Assembly (NCBI GenBank): GCA_002269645.1
Contig: NIVC01002459.1
Location: forward strand, 62,001 to 126,000
DNA length: 64,000 nucleotides
Source of the DNA: Macrostomum lignano
Lineage: Eukaryota
Direction of reading: 5' to 3'
Shown piece by piece: positions 20,220 through 34,700 of this stretch (position 1 is the first letter of the stretch; each line of letters opens with the position of its first letter). Made by a program: the position numbers and the translations under genes. The notes beneath the pieces are model-generated. The model had not been told where the DNA came from. It did no database searches and saw only the letters and a list, made by a program, of their open reading frames with translations.

Positions 20220-21080
20220 AATGTAAATGTAATTCTAAGTCCCAGCTGCCCTCTTTACACTTGACAGTTCCAGCTGACTTGTACGACTTCTCATGAGCTA
20301 ATATGAAGTAGTTTCCAGCCCAGCACTGCTCTGCGGCTTCGGCTGAGCCCTCAACATTGCCTGTGTTTGTGATGGGCGAATTGAATTTTGCGTTTCCTGA
20401 AACGACTACACTTGTTAGACTTGATATTGACATAGGTAATAAATCTTAGAGTAGAGTGAAAAGTCGATGGCGTTCCAATTCACCGGCAATATTTCACCAT
20501 TTTGGATGATGTTTGGAAATGTGCAGTCAGTTTCATCAACTCGGCAACTGATGCATTGTAATGCAGATTGTCGCATGTGATTGGCTCGCAGATTGCAGTG
20601 GCATTCTCAGAAATCCGGTCTTGTTCGCCACCACCTATCTTCGAGCTGTGTGCTCGGGCTGACAGCTGGCGGTCACGACCATCTCCATCGGGTTGCCGAT
20701 GCTAGTCATTGAGGCGTTTTCAACAAATATGCTTTAAAATTTGAGTAGTTGTGCTATGGACAGAGTTGCAATTCATTCATGTCCGTTGCAAAGTTGCTTG
20801 TCCAGCTGGCATTATTGCAATTTCTATTGCAGTTCACTGTCCAGTTGTAATTGACCAAGGTGGGAGACATCGGAATTGCATATGCAGCAAGCTGGTGGTC
20901 CAGCTGCACACCAGAGTTGCGTGATTGTTGAGCAAATGGGTTGAGTAGGGAGGAAGCAGCGCCAAGCCGTGGTCTCCAGCGATGACGCTTCTATTCCGAT
21001 TCCAGTGCGTGGCGTGGCGACAGTCATTTATGGCTTTAGCGCAAAAGTTTCGCCGATCAACCTCCATGAGGGCCAACCTG
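20220..21080 (-). pseudogene. Decayed multi-Sushi (CCP) extracellular protein
   Basis: Minus-strand frames give CTFPNIIQNGEI...FSLYSKIYYLCQ and SPITNTGNVEGS...CWAGNYF...TVKCKEGSW (Sushi C..P..I.NG...Y.C / C..G.W pattern). N-glycosylation sequons are present; stops and frameshifts interrupt the frames. Confidence 0.55.
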
Positions 21081-22788
21081 GGTACATGCCTGAGGACTCA
21101 AAATGCAGGGCTGCTTTACACCCTGTGTGAGGGTGTGTATTATTGCGTGGCTGAGTACAGTGCTCAGGAGTCAGTGGAATGGGCAGAATTGCCTCAGCGC
21201 TGATTCTGGGACGATGTGCGTCAGGGTGCATGGAACCCTAATAGCAATTAGAAATATTGTTATCACAGCTATTATGATCGACTGACAGTCAAAATCACTT
21301 CAGATCCCTGCTGAGCGAAGTGCCATCGGGTTACAGTGGTCACATAGTCATAGTTTCGAGTCTGCTTATTAAAAGCGACTATCTGACACTTCATGGAGGC
21401 GGTGATGTACAGTCCGCTGGCTACAAAGACATGCTGGAGTTCGATACAAGTCTAAAAAAGCCCAAGTATTGGCTTGACGACTACCTGCTGGTGAAGAGTG
21501 CATTACGCAACCAAGGCCTATTAGCGTACAACGTTAATGGAGTGCAGCTATCAAGGAGGCTTGGTTACTACTGGCTAAGTAGCATTTTGCATTGGTAAGC
21601 CCTCTTAGATCTGTTAAAATTCTCGAACATAAAAATTTTATTCTAATCAGAACTGATTATTAGAGAAAATTGTATATTAGAAGCTGAAGAATCGTTTAAT
21701 CACCTGGAGTAAATTTCAGCCTCACAACGACTCTATAACAAGCAAGCAAGCGATCAGCGAATATATAAAACTAGAATCTTGAATATCGGGCAAGCCATTT
21801 TGCGTACAAAAGTTGAATTCTCTTATTGAGTTGAATTTACCATTAGTCAACAGGTAATAGTCAACAGAGAAGTTCATGTCTAAGAAAAAGTGTTCTTCAG
21901 AAAGGAACCAGTTTTTTGAACACAAATATATAAAGTTGAAACAAAAAGGGTTAGTCTAAAATCACTCTGTGATTTGGGGCGTCAACACGAACTTGGAAAA
22001 AAAACATGGGTTAGAGTTAGACTACTAAATAAATAGAAAGCATTTGTTAGTAAATTTTGCTTTCATTTAAAGCGTTAGGTCTAAAAAAACTGCGAGCCAT
22101 CCCAAAATTCTCCGCATATGGCTGACTAAAAGGCTTGGATCTCAATGCCCTCTTATCAGGGCGTGAGGGTAAGAAGGATTCGAGCGCTTTATCAAGTGCA
22201 TCCACCTGGGCCGGGCGCCGGTAATCAAAAAGATGGAATTAATAGTCTGGTGAACTTGATCACACCTTGTGACTGAATCCGTGATGCAGCTGCACTGGAC
22301 CGACTTAAAGCATTAATATCAATATTTTTTAATTTGACTGAATACAGAGAAATTTTGAATGGCCCAGCGGGACAAATACTAAAATCTAGTGCGTGAGTAC
22401 ATATAACGATTCAGATGTAAATTTGACAGAGTAACAAAAATGATAGTTCTACGTGCAAAAGTAGTCAGAGTCTCTAACAGAACATTTTCGGTCTTACAGC
22501 TCTTGTTAAAACACCCGAGCTACACAAGGAAGGCTACACTAGCAGTAAACTCATAGTCTGTTCAATAATAGTTTCTTAAAGATAATAGTAATTCAAGTTG
22601 CTCCGCTCCCTCACTGGCTCAGCTCTCAACTCTCGAATTTGCGATGGACCCGCCTCACTGAGCATTTCCTGGTGTTGGAAGGACACGGGTGCGCGTTGAT
22701 GCAAAGAATGAAAATGCAAATAAGCAAGCATGTATCCCACCGAAAGTTTCAGAGCGTCTTACCGTTTTCCAACGGGGTGGCGCGAACT

Positions 22789-25700
22789 TTACTGGAATGA
22801 CACCCACTGGCCAACTTGTCTCCATCGCTCTCGAGCCACGGCCGGTACTCCAATCATTTCTGAAGCTGCTCTCATGTTTTCCTGGACTTTAGAGTTTCGC
22901 TTGTTCCTTTGCATAAGCAGAATGACTACTATAAAAGTCACAACTAGGCAAAAGGCACCAACTGAAGCACCAACAGCGATGCTAGTGTTGTCGCTGCCAT
23001 TCTTTATAGTAGGCTGCAAAGCTGATTTCACATCAAGAAGCCGCAGGTACTCCCAGGACACAGTTAGGCTGCTGTTGCTCAGGCTAAGTAACACGAGCTG
23101 GCGGTTGTTCATGAGCTGCACCAGTAGATACACAGCGAAAGAAGCACTAGTGTTGGCACCAGACTGACTGTTGACGGTAAAACTGATAAGAACGCTACCA
23201 TTTTTAAACTCCATGTCAGTTAGTTGCGACTCGACGAGCCTTAGCTGACGCGCAAGCTGACCCGTCAGGTGGCTTCGAAGGCTGCTTTCGTTGGTAACGA
23301 CGCTGGAGAATGACTCTGTAACCCTGATTTGGAGTGTCACAGCTACAGTGTCCGTCTTTGAGAGTGTCGGAGCCGTTACAGGAGGTAATGTAGTCGTCGT
23401 GATGCTGTTCCAAAACGTTGCAGCTGAAGTTTGCGTCTCTGAGAGTGTCGACTGCAGTGTCGAGTGTCGGCTAGTCTCACTTTTGGTGGTAGACGGAGCG
23501 ATAGTTGTCTCCGGTTGGAAGCCTGGTGGTCCCTCAAAGACGCCAATGAATGAGGATATGTCATGGCACACACACGTTACGTGCCAGATGCCATCGTCGG
23601 TCTGGAATGGCGCGCGAGTCGTGCAGTTATCCGGGGTCCAGTCGGCTCCGCTCCAGCTGCGGCATATGAGGCTGATGCTACTGAGATTCACAGAGCCACT
23701 GATGTTGGTGGTGATAGCCACACCATTGCTGAGGCGTGAAACATTCTGGTTCGCGCCGTCGCTCGGGTGAAAAATTCCTACGTAGGCCAAAGGACTGCGT
23801 CGCGTGGAAATCGTTGGAGAAGCCACTTTGGCCTGTGGAGTGAGCAGATCCTTGTCCAGCAGGATGGTTCCGATGCAGGCACCGTCCTGGAAGCAGTCAG
23901 TCTGGCCACATGACCAGTTATAGTAGCGCTGTTCAAGATCGGCTCCCAGTGCAATCTGCTGACGGACTTTGAAATTGGATAGACAGTCGGTGCTTCCTGA
24001 GTCGCATCCCATCTCCAGATTGGCTGAACCCACCGAATTGAAAGAAGTCTTGTAAACGCGTACAACAGCCATTGTAGACGCTGCCGCTTGAGCTAGCGAG
24101 TTCGGATTTTGGTTGTTGCAGAAGGCAGGCACGGTGTTAAGAATTGTAGCCTGGATATCGGCAGCTGCTGTCGAGTCAAGCGTGGAGTGATAGACTCCGG
24201 ATGCAATTTCAAGGACGGACTTCACTTCAGAGGCAGTTATTTTACTTGTTGTTCCACCCTGAGATCCCGATGTGTCGCGCCTTCTCCTTGCGCCATTTGG
24301 TGAATCTGGTGAAAACAACTGAGAATGAAACGCATCAAGGCACTTTTTAAGAGTTCTCAGTACCAAGTTTGTTATGTACTGCTTGTTGGCTCTCGTTTTC
24401 CGAAACAGTTGACAGCTTGTTGCAGTCCTCAGACACGATACTGATGGCACACTGAAATAATCGATAAAGTTTGAATAAAATACCACCCATTAGTTATTCC
24501 ACACTGCTGACAGGACAGAGGAGTTATACCTTGTGTCTAAAGTCAGAAGATCCTGAATCGCTAGTCCCTGCACTAGCTCATTCTTCTTGTTCTTTTCTTC
24601 GGGCGATAGACCAGTATCTGGCTCACTCAGAATCATTCCTCCTAGAGCTGGAGCGTCAACTGTAATGCAAGTTATGATATCGATACTGTGTTAATTCTAA
24701 TTTTGCTGCAGTAATATGAAAATAAAATCGAAAATAATTTGATCGCACTCACAGCTGTTTGAAATATTGTTCAAGTTGTTTAGTAAATCGTCAAGCTTGG
24801 CAAGCGTTAGCTGTTTCGCTTGCACCTGAATTGCAGTAGTAAATGAGAACCAATCTGAGCCTGCTCCGTTAGAGTCGATGGCTGAAGCTTTGCAGATCCA
24901 GTTTCCTCCAGGTAGATGGGTGGTGAGCAGAGTCTAGCGGGCGTTGGTTCACTAGTTACGCTGACGCACTGGCTTGATGAATCTTGGCGACAGCACATGG
25001 CGCTGTAACTGAAGAACACGTCGGAATCGTCAGTAATATTCGGCCATATTGTGAGCGTGAAGGAGGTCTCCAGAGCGGCTCCTTGGGTGGGAGTCACAGA
25101 CAGTGCTCCACCACTTGGCGGCGCATTGACGCGGAAGTCGAACTGGGCCTGAGCGGTCCCGGAACTGGCGCTGGCAATCAAAAGCAGTTGATAGGAGACA
25201 CCGGCAACAAGCTGCAACTCCGTCCTGGCTGGAGAACCAAAGTGATGAAGCAGCGACGATTGGGTACGCATGTATCGGCCAGCGGCGGTCCTACTGAGCA
25301 CTGCTCAAGCGACAGCGAGCCAAAGCCAGTCTCTTGAGTTTCCACTGACCATTGGGTCTGAGTGATCTCACTGGCAATCACTAGAGCTGTCACATGGACA
25401 ACAGCGTTTGGATTGATTGGTTTGTTGCTCGGTTCGGTCAAGATCCGGACTGATGGAGGCGGACGAGGCAAAATCTGCACAAGCTTTGTACTACTGGACC
25501 GTCGCTGACCCCGCTGACAACTCACAGTGAGGTTCATGAAGCCTGAGGGTAGCTCGTATACACTGGGATTCGGCCAAGGCACTTGGATACTGTTCGATGA
25601 TGTCTGAGTTCCATCCGAACCGAAGAAGCTAAATGAGGACAGCATGTTCCCCGTGTGTATGTTGCGCATGTAGATTGCCTCACCGTTGGCCCGTTTGGTC

Positions 25701-28700
25701 AGATAGAAGGTGCAAAATGTCGTCTCGGTCGAGTAGTCGATCGATGATGTACACGGATTCCTGCAGTGCTTCGCTGACGCCGAGATCAGAGCGGCCTCCG
25801 CGAAGGAAAATGGGAATCAGAGGGCGGCTGATGGTCTCCAGAAGCAAAAAGCCGCACGCCACGCTGGGCCAAGTCGGCATGGAAGCGCAGACACTGAGGT
25901 TGTAGGTCTGGCCTCCTTGCAGGACTCCAGATCTCAGTCGGAAGAATTGACCTGTGATCCCATGTTGTTCGACATTGACGGCTCTAGTACCACCCACGAT
26001 CTTCCATTTGTACTGCAAAAGTAAAGTGTGGAGGTTAAGAGCCTAATCAAGTTATTTTATTGAACAGTAAAGAACAGGCGTACTTTTTATTCGATAGTAA
26101 GACATTTTACTAATATCACAATTACGCTCGTACGATTTGTTATAGTCTTTGCATCTATCATCGTGTTCTGATGCACGATTTCTACTATACCGGTAAGCGT
26201 TCTCAGAGTACTGTTACTTACACTCAGACTGTCGATAGCCTTGATATAGCAAAATGAAGGTCGGACAATAAGCACAGCACTGTACGGCTGATCGGGCATC
26301 ACATGCTTTTGCTGTCCGTAGATATTAATGCTGAATGGTGTTCGTTCGTCGAGTCGTTTTACTACAATGCTCGCAGTATTTGACTGCGTTCCGCATTCGT
26401 TCTGGGCAAAAGCCGTGATGTTGTATGACTCGCCAGGTGGAATCTGAAGATACAAAGCAAAGAAATGAGAATGTGAGCTGATGAATATTTTGGAGTTATA
26501 TTCTCTGACTTGAGCACTTGGAGAGCACTAACATCCTTTCCGGCGTAGAAAGTGACTTCTGTAGAAAATTTTGACTGGAATGCGGCCAGCTCAGTTGTTT
26601 GACAGGTCGAGCCTGTGGCACAGCGGATGTCCCAAGTGATCCGCTGTACCATCGATCCTCTGACGGTGGCATACAGGGTAAACGCGTCGCAGAATCCGAC
26701 GGTGGCTACATTGTTGGCATCTGACTGGACTCCGGCCAGAAAGATGACTGGCGGCTCCCGACTGTTTGTATTCACAACAGCGTTGCTGACACTGGAACTG
26801 GTGGCCAGGCTGACGTCACTGCCATCCACATAAATGATATTCGAATTGATGCTGATTCGTGAGCCAGAGCAGATTGCAGTACCGCGATCTTTCCGCACGA
26901 TGAGAACGTTTGCCCGCGCGTAGCACTCTGAGCCTGAACCTATCAGCGCAAGAGTCGACGCATTAAAGATGGCTGAGCATGCTGTCTGTCGCAGTTGGAT
27001 GTTTGTGTCAAACTCGAGACGCAGGTGGTAGCCAATGGCGTCATCAGTTGCTGAGAGCAGCACTGGACCCTTACTCGAGCGTATCGAGAGCGACAGAGAG
27101 TTTTGCCTGGTCGGTGATTGCAAGAAGTGTAATCAATGTGTCACTAAGTCAAGGACTTAGCTCAAATAGTTATATTTGTAATAACGAGAAACAAGTCACT
27201 CACTTGAACACCGCAATGCATCGTGCTGAGTGTCTGCGGCTTGCAGTTCATGACGCTGAGCTTCCATTGCAACGGCTGTCCGACTTTGGCCAGCGCAGAG
27301 ATGTTGCAGGTGACACTGGTCGCGCTGTCGAATATAGCGGCACAGTGAGAAAGCCAGTGCGCGGGTCGCATCGGGTGTGGCGGCTAAGATCGTCGCAGTA
27401 GAGAAGGCAGGCGAGATCGGGCGTGTTGACGAATCCCTGTCCTCTCACTGGCAGAGAGTAAACGGGATTTTCTAGTGTGAGTCCACTCCCGACACTCAAG
27501 CTGACAAGCTGGGAGGTCCAAAAATAGTCAAGTTTCCACCGGAAACGTCCTCGATGACTGTAGCACCGGAAGCGGTCAAGTATTTCACCTGCAGGGCGTA
27601 CTGGCCCGCCACGAGACTCAAAGGTGCGGAAAAGCGGAACAGACCAGAAGATATATCGATGGACAATGCTTGAAGCTCCATGTAGAAGGACTGTCAATGC
27701 GAAAGCAGAGAAAATCTTTTTTATTTTATTAACGTTACTTACAAACTTATCAATTAAAGCTTCAGGATTCTGAGTCTTACTGGAATTATTATCTAGACTG
27801 CTTTATGCACCTGCATCTACTATCAGTGTAATTATACCTTCAGGCAAGGAAAGGTTTATTTCCTTTTTGCTTTTTCGTCATCATCTAGATAAATGTACGA
27901 ACTACACGGCTTGTACAAATTTTTGCCGCATTTTACATCGTTGTGTAAATTCGTGCGATTTGATGGCGGCGTAAAAGAGCTTTTGGTTTATCCTAGAAAA
28001 ATGGAATTGATGCCTTACCCGATCGGTCACCCTCATCAGGCGCAGAGCAATTGAGCTGATTGAGATGTTGATGCTGCTGCTGAGGATCGTCACTTGCTGC
28101 TGAGCAGCGTACGACCCCACGCATGCATGTCGGCTTATTGTGAAGTGAATCCGATCGCAGATGTCTCTTGTGGGTCACTGGGCTGTAGACAACGACCGCA
28201 TTTGTCCAGAGTCTTTCGGAGCGACACCGATGGCTCAACGACACCGTCACAGCCTGTGATACAAGAAGTGTCGTTGCTGCAGCCGCAAGGTCCCACGCCG
28301 AAGTTAGTGGATCGTCCGGTGCTTCCCTCGGTACAGAAGCCGCACTTATTGGTGCGCGCAGTTCTGTTCACGTTGCCATCGCACCACACCGAGCGGATGT
28401 ACTCATCAGCAGTCGGATATCGACTGGAATTGTAGCACAGACCAGGGATTGGCGAGACAAAGGATCCATTGCATCGACCAGCGCAGTCCTTGCCATATCG
28501 CATGGCTTTGCCAGTTCTTCCACCAACGCAGTTGCCGCAGTCGTTCCAGATCGCTGTGCCATTCGCATCACCGTTGCAGTCGATGCATGAGCGACCATTT
28601 CCACCACAGATTTTACAGACATCAGTCTGGAGACCTGACCACGGCTGATTGTCACAGCCAACCGTCACTGGACGTACCACTACCCTGGCTGCACTTTTGT

Positions 28701-31700
28701 TGACCACGCTACTGACAACGAGTGGGTTGATGTAGACTTGTTGTTGATCGACCAGCTTCTCTGCGGCTGTAAAAGCAAGGATGGCGCGACTGCGGGACCA
28801 GGACGCCGGGACCGTAGGCCGAAATCGGATCGAAGCGTTGGCTGGGAGGAACATCGCGGTGACAGGCCCCGTACTGTTGACGTCATCTGCTAGGAAGTCA
28901 GAGAGCTGCTGCGTGGAGGAAGATATAGATGAAATGCTTCCCACGCACTGGATGCTTGAGAAGGCATCCGCAGTTTTTGCTGAGTCCTTGAAATGCGACA
29001 GCATACGGTACTGCTTAAACGCAGGCTTGTCTGCGATACATTCAAAGTCTGCCAGGACATTGAGTTCGGCAGCTGGTACTCCAGAACACCACTTGCATCG
29101 TCGCCGAAGCCTTGCAGAACGAGAGCGCCCAACTCGGATGTATTATCGTCACAAAAGAACATTGATACCATGTCGCCGACCCGAATCTGGGTGCCGTAGT
29201 TTTCTCCGTGCCGTTGCAGCATGAAGCCTCGCTCTCGCTGTAATTTCTGACTCACGTACTCGTTCTCCCTGTCTTTGAGAACACCAAAAGTAAAAAAATC
29301 TTTATTCACAACAGGAAGATGCTCGTTGTGCAGCACGCTGATCTTGAAGATGACTGTCCCACCCATGGCTGTAGAAGGAAGGACGGATGGAACAAGAGAA
29401 CCAGAGCTGGTGTAGCTGAAGTAAGGCGGCAGTCCACTCCAAGCCTGGCACATCAGAACGAAGGTCTTGGTAGCGGCATTGCGATTTGGTTCGAATCGTA
29501 TGTGGGCTTGGCTTGGACTCGGAACGAGAAAGCCTCTCATGTACTCGATGATACCGCTTGCTGTGACTCCACTTCGGAACGTCAGTTTTCCGTAGATGTC
29601 AAGCCTGAAAGTTAAACAAAAAACATATGCATGCATCATATATTTTACCGGAGCCACAACTATTCACATGATACATTAATCATTCTACTTTTATTTTATT
29701 CAGTAAAATATTAGGACTGATTTATGTTTCGCTTCTTTGTACATTGCTAACAACGTTTAGAAGCGGGTAAGATTCAAAAGCAGGAGTAAATTTACCACAC
29801 TGGCTCCACCATGTACTTGCAGAACACGCCACCGACAGTCGAGGACTCAACCGCTGAACGCATGTTGCAGACACTTCGCTCGGAGTGCAGATCAATTAGA
29901 TTGTCGAGTCTTAGATCGCACACACTGCTGCTCGGGAACCCGTTTGGACTCAACACCAGCACTGTGGAGAGAGACACATTCAGCACAGAAGTGTCCATGA
30001 CGCTGAGGCTGGATTTAATCAGTGTCACATTTGGAGGTAGAGCTCTCGGAGGTAGGAGCACAAAGGTTCTCATAACGCATTCTGATCCGTCTGGAAGTAG
30101 CAGCGAGTACGTGAGATTGATAAGTACATTCTGAGCGCCGTGGACGAGAAACTGGAAGCAACTGTCGGGTCTGATCGGCTCTGAACTTCCGCTGACGTTG
30201 ATTTTGCGACCATCCAGCTCCATCTCGATACCTGGTGCCGGGCTGACAAAAAGCACTCTGATGCGTGCGGCAGACACAGCGCCAAGAATGTGACCTGTGC
30301 GACAGACACCGGGGTCCGGAGCACCCCTGTACAAGCCCTTGAATCCAGAAACGAGCTGGGCAGCTGGCAAAAGCCGATGAGAGCGAGGGCACAGTTGGCG
30401 GCAGTTGGCGAAGTCCAAGCAGGCACCGAATGCGTGAGGACAGGCAGTCTAAGGGTGAGCAGTTTGAATAAAACAACATCGTCACCGCTCATTAGACATA
30501 CGTAATGCAAACTATGATCTTTTGCACCTGCTACGAATGTAATTATGAAATATAGAAAGCCAAATGCATTATGCCACTCACCTCGTTGACGCCCTCGCAT
30601 ATCGTGAAATTTTGAGGCAGAGACGCACAGAAGCTTGACTCAGCTGTAGCATTCTCGCAAACACCGTTGGATGGACAGAATCTCTGAAACGAGCGGCATT
30701 TTTGCTTCACTAGATTAGCATGTATTGCTGAGAATGCTAATAATAGCCACTTTAACACTTACCTTGCCTTTTGCGTTGCACTGTGCACCCTGCTCGACAA
30801 GAGACAGCACACAAGCAGCCTTGCAGAGTAGTAAACCACTGGGTGGGCAGGCAACCTGCGTAAAAAGACAGCAATTGATTTTATTTGAAGTTGGAACAAC
30901 ACGAAAAAATCAGAGAGTAGCTTGTACTCACTTTGTATCGGCAATCTCTGGGCTTTTCTGTAGTCAGTTGATCGATTGTAGTTTTCGGATTGATTGTAGT
31001 AAGAGGACCAACCGTAGTCCGTTGATCGGTTACTGTGGATGTCTGTGACTCAAGGGTAGACACAGAGGGCAGCACTGTTGAGTCCATACTCCGCGTTGTG
31101 CTTGAACAGGATCCAACAGGGGCGCATCGCTTGAGTTCCTCACAGTATGTCTCAGCCTAAAAAATAATTTTAACGATTACAGAGCAACAGAAAACTCAGA
31201 TGCACATAAGAATGACAGAAAAAAACCTTACAGAGCTGCAGTTCGTCGGTGCTTCGCACAAATCACCAGAAGGAATGCAAGTCTTTGAAGCCAAACAGGG
31301 AACATAGCCAGGATAGCAGCTGAATGAATACTCAATTCGAAGAATCTCGTCTCCAAAGTAGTTTCCGTCAGTTGGAGGCGTGCCTTGCACCGGAAGCAGT
31401 CCGTTCCACAGTCTGCATGTCAAATTGACCCTGCCCGGCTGTCTTAGATGCGCTTTAAAGTATGAGCCTTCAACCGATAGCGATAGATATCCTGAGCCGA
31501 ACTTATAAGGTGGAGCGCCAAGATAGTGGGCGTAGAACGAATATTCGGTGTAGAGCGACGACGCCTCGATGTAGCAGTAGGCAGCCTTCCTCGGCGTCTC
31601 TCGACACAGCTGACGAACGTGGTCGTTAAATGAGGATTTGGGAAATTCGGCCTGACCGAGACTGTCGCACCACGGCGCAGATGCTGTGGACTGGTTCAAT

Positions 31701-34700
31701 ACTGAGCTTAAAATATTCCTTGGGATGATAATTTCATTAATGTGAGAAGTGCTGTTCTTTTTCAGCACGACCGTTGGGAATCCAGCTGGTGGCGGTCGCA
31801 ACTTCGGCGGAAGCAGCAATCCGAAAGTAGGTTGACACTCTGCGACTACTTTGTTGTCTTTGTTGACGTAGCGAAACCTCAGCTTTACCCACGATAGACT
31901 CGCATTGGAGCCGGCGTATTTGGATATTTCCTGTGCGTCTGCGCTCTCACAGATGCTGTTATCAGGAAGCCTGTTGAGTTGGATTTCCTCTCCGATGCGG
32001 CTGTTGTTGAGTTTGTTAGATCCAAGTCTCATCACAGGAGGACCCGCTTGCTGCACAACGGTGAAGCGAAACTTCAGACGCGGAAGAATAAAGCAGGAGG
32101 CTGCAGGCCACACAAACGGGATAAGCAAATTTTTGTTTGGACACGACCTCTTTGCCACCACTTCATCGCACTGAGCCTGTGTTAGGCACATTTGGTATCC
32201 GGGATTGCATCGGATCAGTGGCTCAGTGCTGGTGCGTGTGGCATTGTCACACGGGCTGCTCATGTAATAATTACAGTTGTCCAAAGACATGTGAACGGTA
32301 CTGTTGTAGCAGATTCCTTGTTTCGGGCAGAAACTCTGAACATTGGAGAAAGACGTAACATCGAAATGCTTTAGAGAGATCAAATCTGAAGAAGACCTCG
32401 GCATGCCATTATTGTGTCGTTTCAAATGATTTTTTAAGTCTACCCATGCTGCCACAATGTCGTTCTGATTGCTAGTCATCAATACTTTTGGACTTTTTAA
32501 GTTTAGGTCGATCAAATACTTCCGATTTTCCGATTTTTTAATACTTTTTTCCAGACACTTTTTTTCCAGGGGGTACCGAAAGTTACAAAATGCAAAAGCC
32601 ACTGCAAAAAATACCTTCAGTGGTTATGCAACCTCAATTTTGTTAATCCCCTATGCTGTTAATGAGAATTCGATTACAAATAGTTTCGACGAATGATGTA
32701 TTTAAAAAATGAGCCTTTATCAAAACAAAAGATTAAAGAAGTATTTTGAATAAAAATTTAACGTTTACCTTTGCTGTTTTGTATTCTATTCATACTTCTT
32801 GCCGAATAATTTTGGTTATGCAAGAATCAGTACTGTTAATAAATATCTACTAACTCTATTAGCATATCAACTAATGTGTTTACTAATCTATTACTAACAC
32901 TAACAGTGAGCTTTTGGTCGTTACTTCGTAGCATGCACTTTTTTCCTGATTTTTGCCAAATATTGTTCTTTGAAATTAGATTCCGATTACAATTGATAGC
33001 AATCTAAATATCAATAATTTATTATAGTCAAACTTGAATAGGTTCAGAGGTCTCTATTCAAGTTTAGGCTGTTAAATTAGTTGAGGTAATATAATTTTAT
33101 TTCTAAAAGGGTTTTGGATGGGCTATTCAAGCTCCATGTATATATGGACTAGATTAATTCCCATAAATAATCTATAAAATAGTCAATAACCCTAATAAGC
33201 TACATATAATTGGGTTGAAGCTACCAAAAAATGAAGCTCATATTTTAAATCAGCACCATCAAAAACCACTAGAGACAAAATTCTAATATTCTCAAAACTA
33301 CAAACAACAAAATAAGTAACCTTTTGCTAAAGGAATTTAAAATTGGTGGCTTGAAAACTATTCTGTGCGTCGACACTGAGAGTAAAATCTCTGCAATCCC
33401 TCACAACCTGGCTGCAAAGACCGGCCTCGAAATTCAAAGCGACAACACCACGTCTCTGAAAGTGTATGGAGGCTCTCAGGCAGCTGCTTTTGGAGTGCTG
33501 AGGCAGGCTGCGGTCAAGGACAACAGCGGGAAGAGCGCAGTCAAACAATTTTCATTGAACTTCATTCGACAACTTCATCTGATACCAAACTTGGACTCAA
33601 GCTTAAAGTGCGCTGCTGTCACTGTCAACGATGCAAACAAATTCACAGCAAGCTTTCGCCTGAACTATGAAGTATCATTCAAGGTTATGTGCTACCCAGT
33701 TCCATCACTGTCATTCTTAATGAAAACTAATGTCGAGATCGAGTTGAAGAGACTTCTGGGCGCAGGCAACATTTATCCTGCTCAAAATCCGATGGCTGGT
33801 GTTGAAGCTCGAAGGACCAGCAAGAGCAGTGCGAATATGCGGAGACTACTCAGTGATACTCAATAGACTCATCTATACAGATCAATACAAGCCTTTTCTA
33901 GTTTCTTCTACCAAAGCTAGAAGAAATTCTTCATGCCATTCCGAACGCTAAGCATTGACATCGAGGTCCGTCATCGACCTAGAGGACGCATAATTACAGA
34001 TAGCCCCTACAGAAGAGAGTCAAAAGTTAACTTGCATCTCTATGCAAGTAGTGAGATATAACAATAAGGGGGTGCGCTATGAGAGTCTACTAATTAACCC
34101 AGTCGACTGAACAGCATATTATTATATCATAACAAAAACTATCGAGGTGTCGAAAAGACATTACCCACACCAGATGAAGCTCTAGCAAAGAAGCATATAG
34201 CTGATGAGAAAATGATTGCTGATTTAGATGCCATTCCAACCAGTGACTTGCCTGTGAAAGAGAGACTCTTTCGAAATCTAGTGAAACGTATCATTGAGGT
34301 CAAAGTTTGCTTTGGATCAGGCATTCAAAGTACTAACCCCAAAAATTGCATAGACTGCTTAACCATATATGAAAACGGTCTTAGTTATAAAGATGCTGTA
34401 AAATTGCATAAAGCATATACGAGTAGAAAGCCAAAACCCATTTAGGAAAACTGATTCACTATGCAAAAGGCACCATTTGGCATGCTGTTTGACACGTTAC
34501 GCTTGGACAGTCCCATTTAAAAAGAAAGGCAGAAGCGGAAGTTGCAGAAGCTTCCAAAAAGTATTTGAGGAATCAGGGAGACGATCGGAGAGACTTTGTG
34601 TTGATGAAGGCAAAGAGTTTTAAAATCAGCATATGTACAAGCTCTACTCATTTTTAAATGACAACGTAAGAGAGAAGAATAAAAATGGATAGTATATTAA

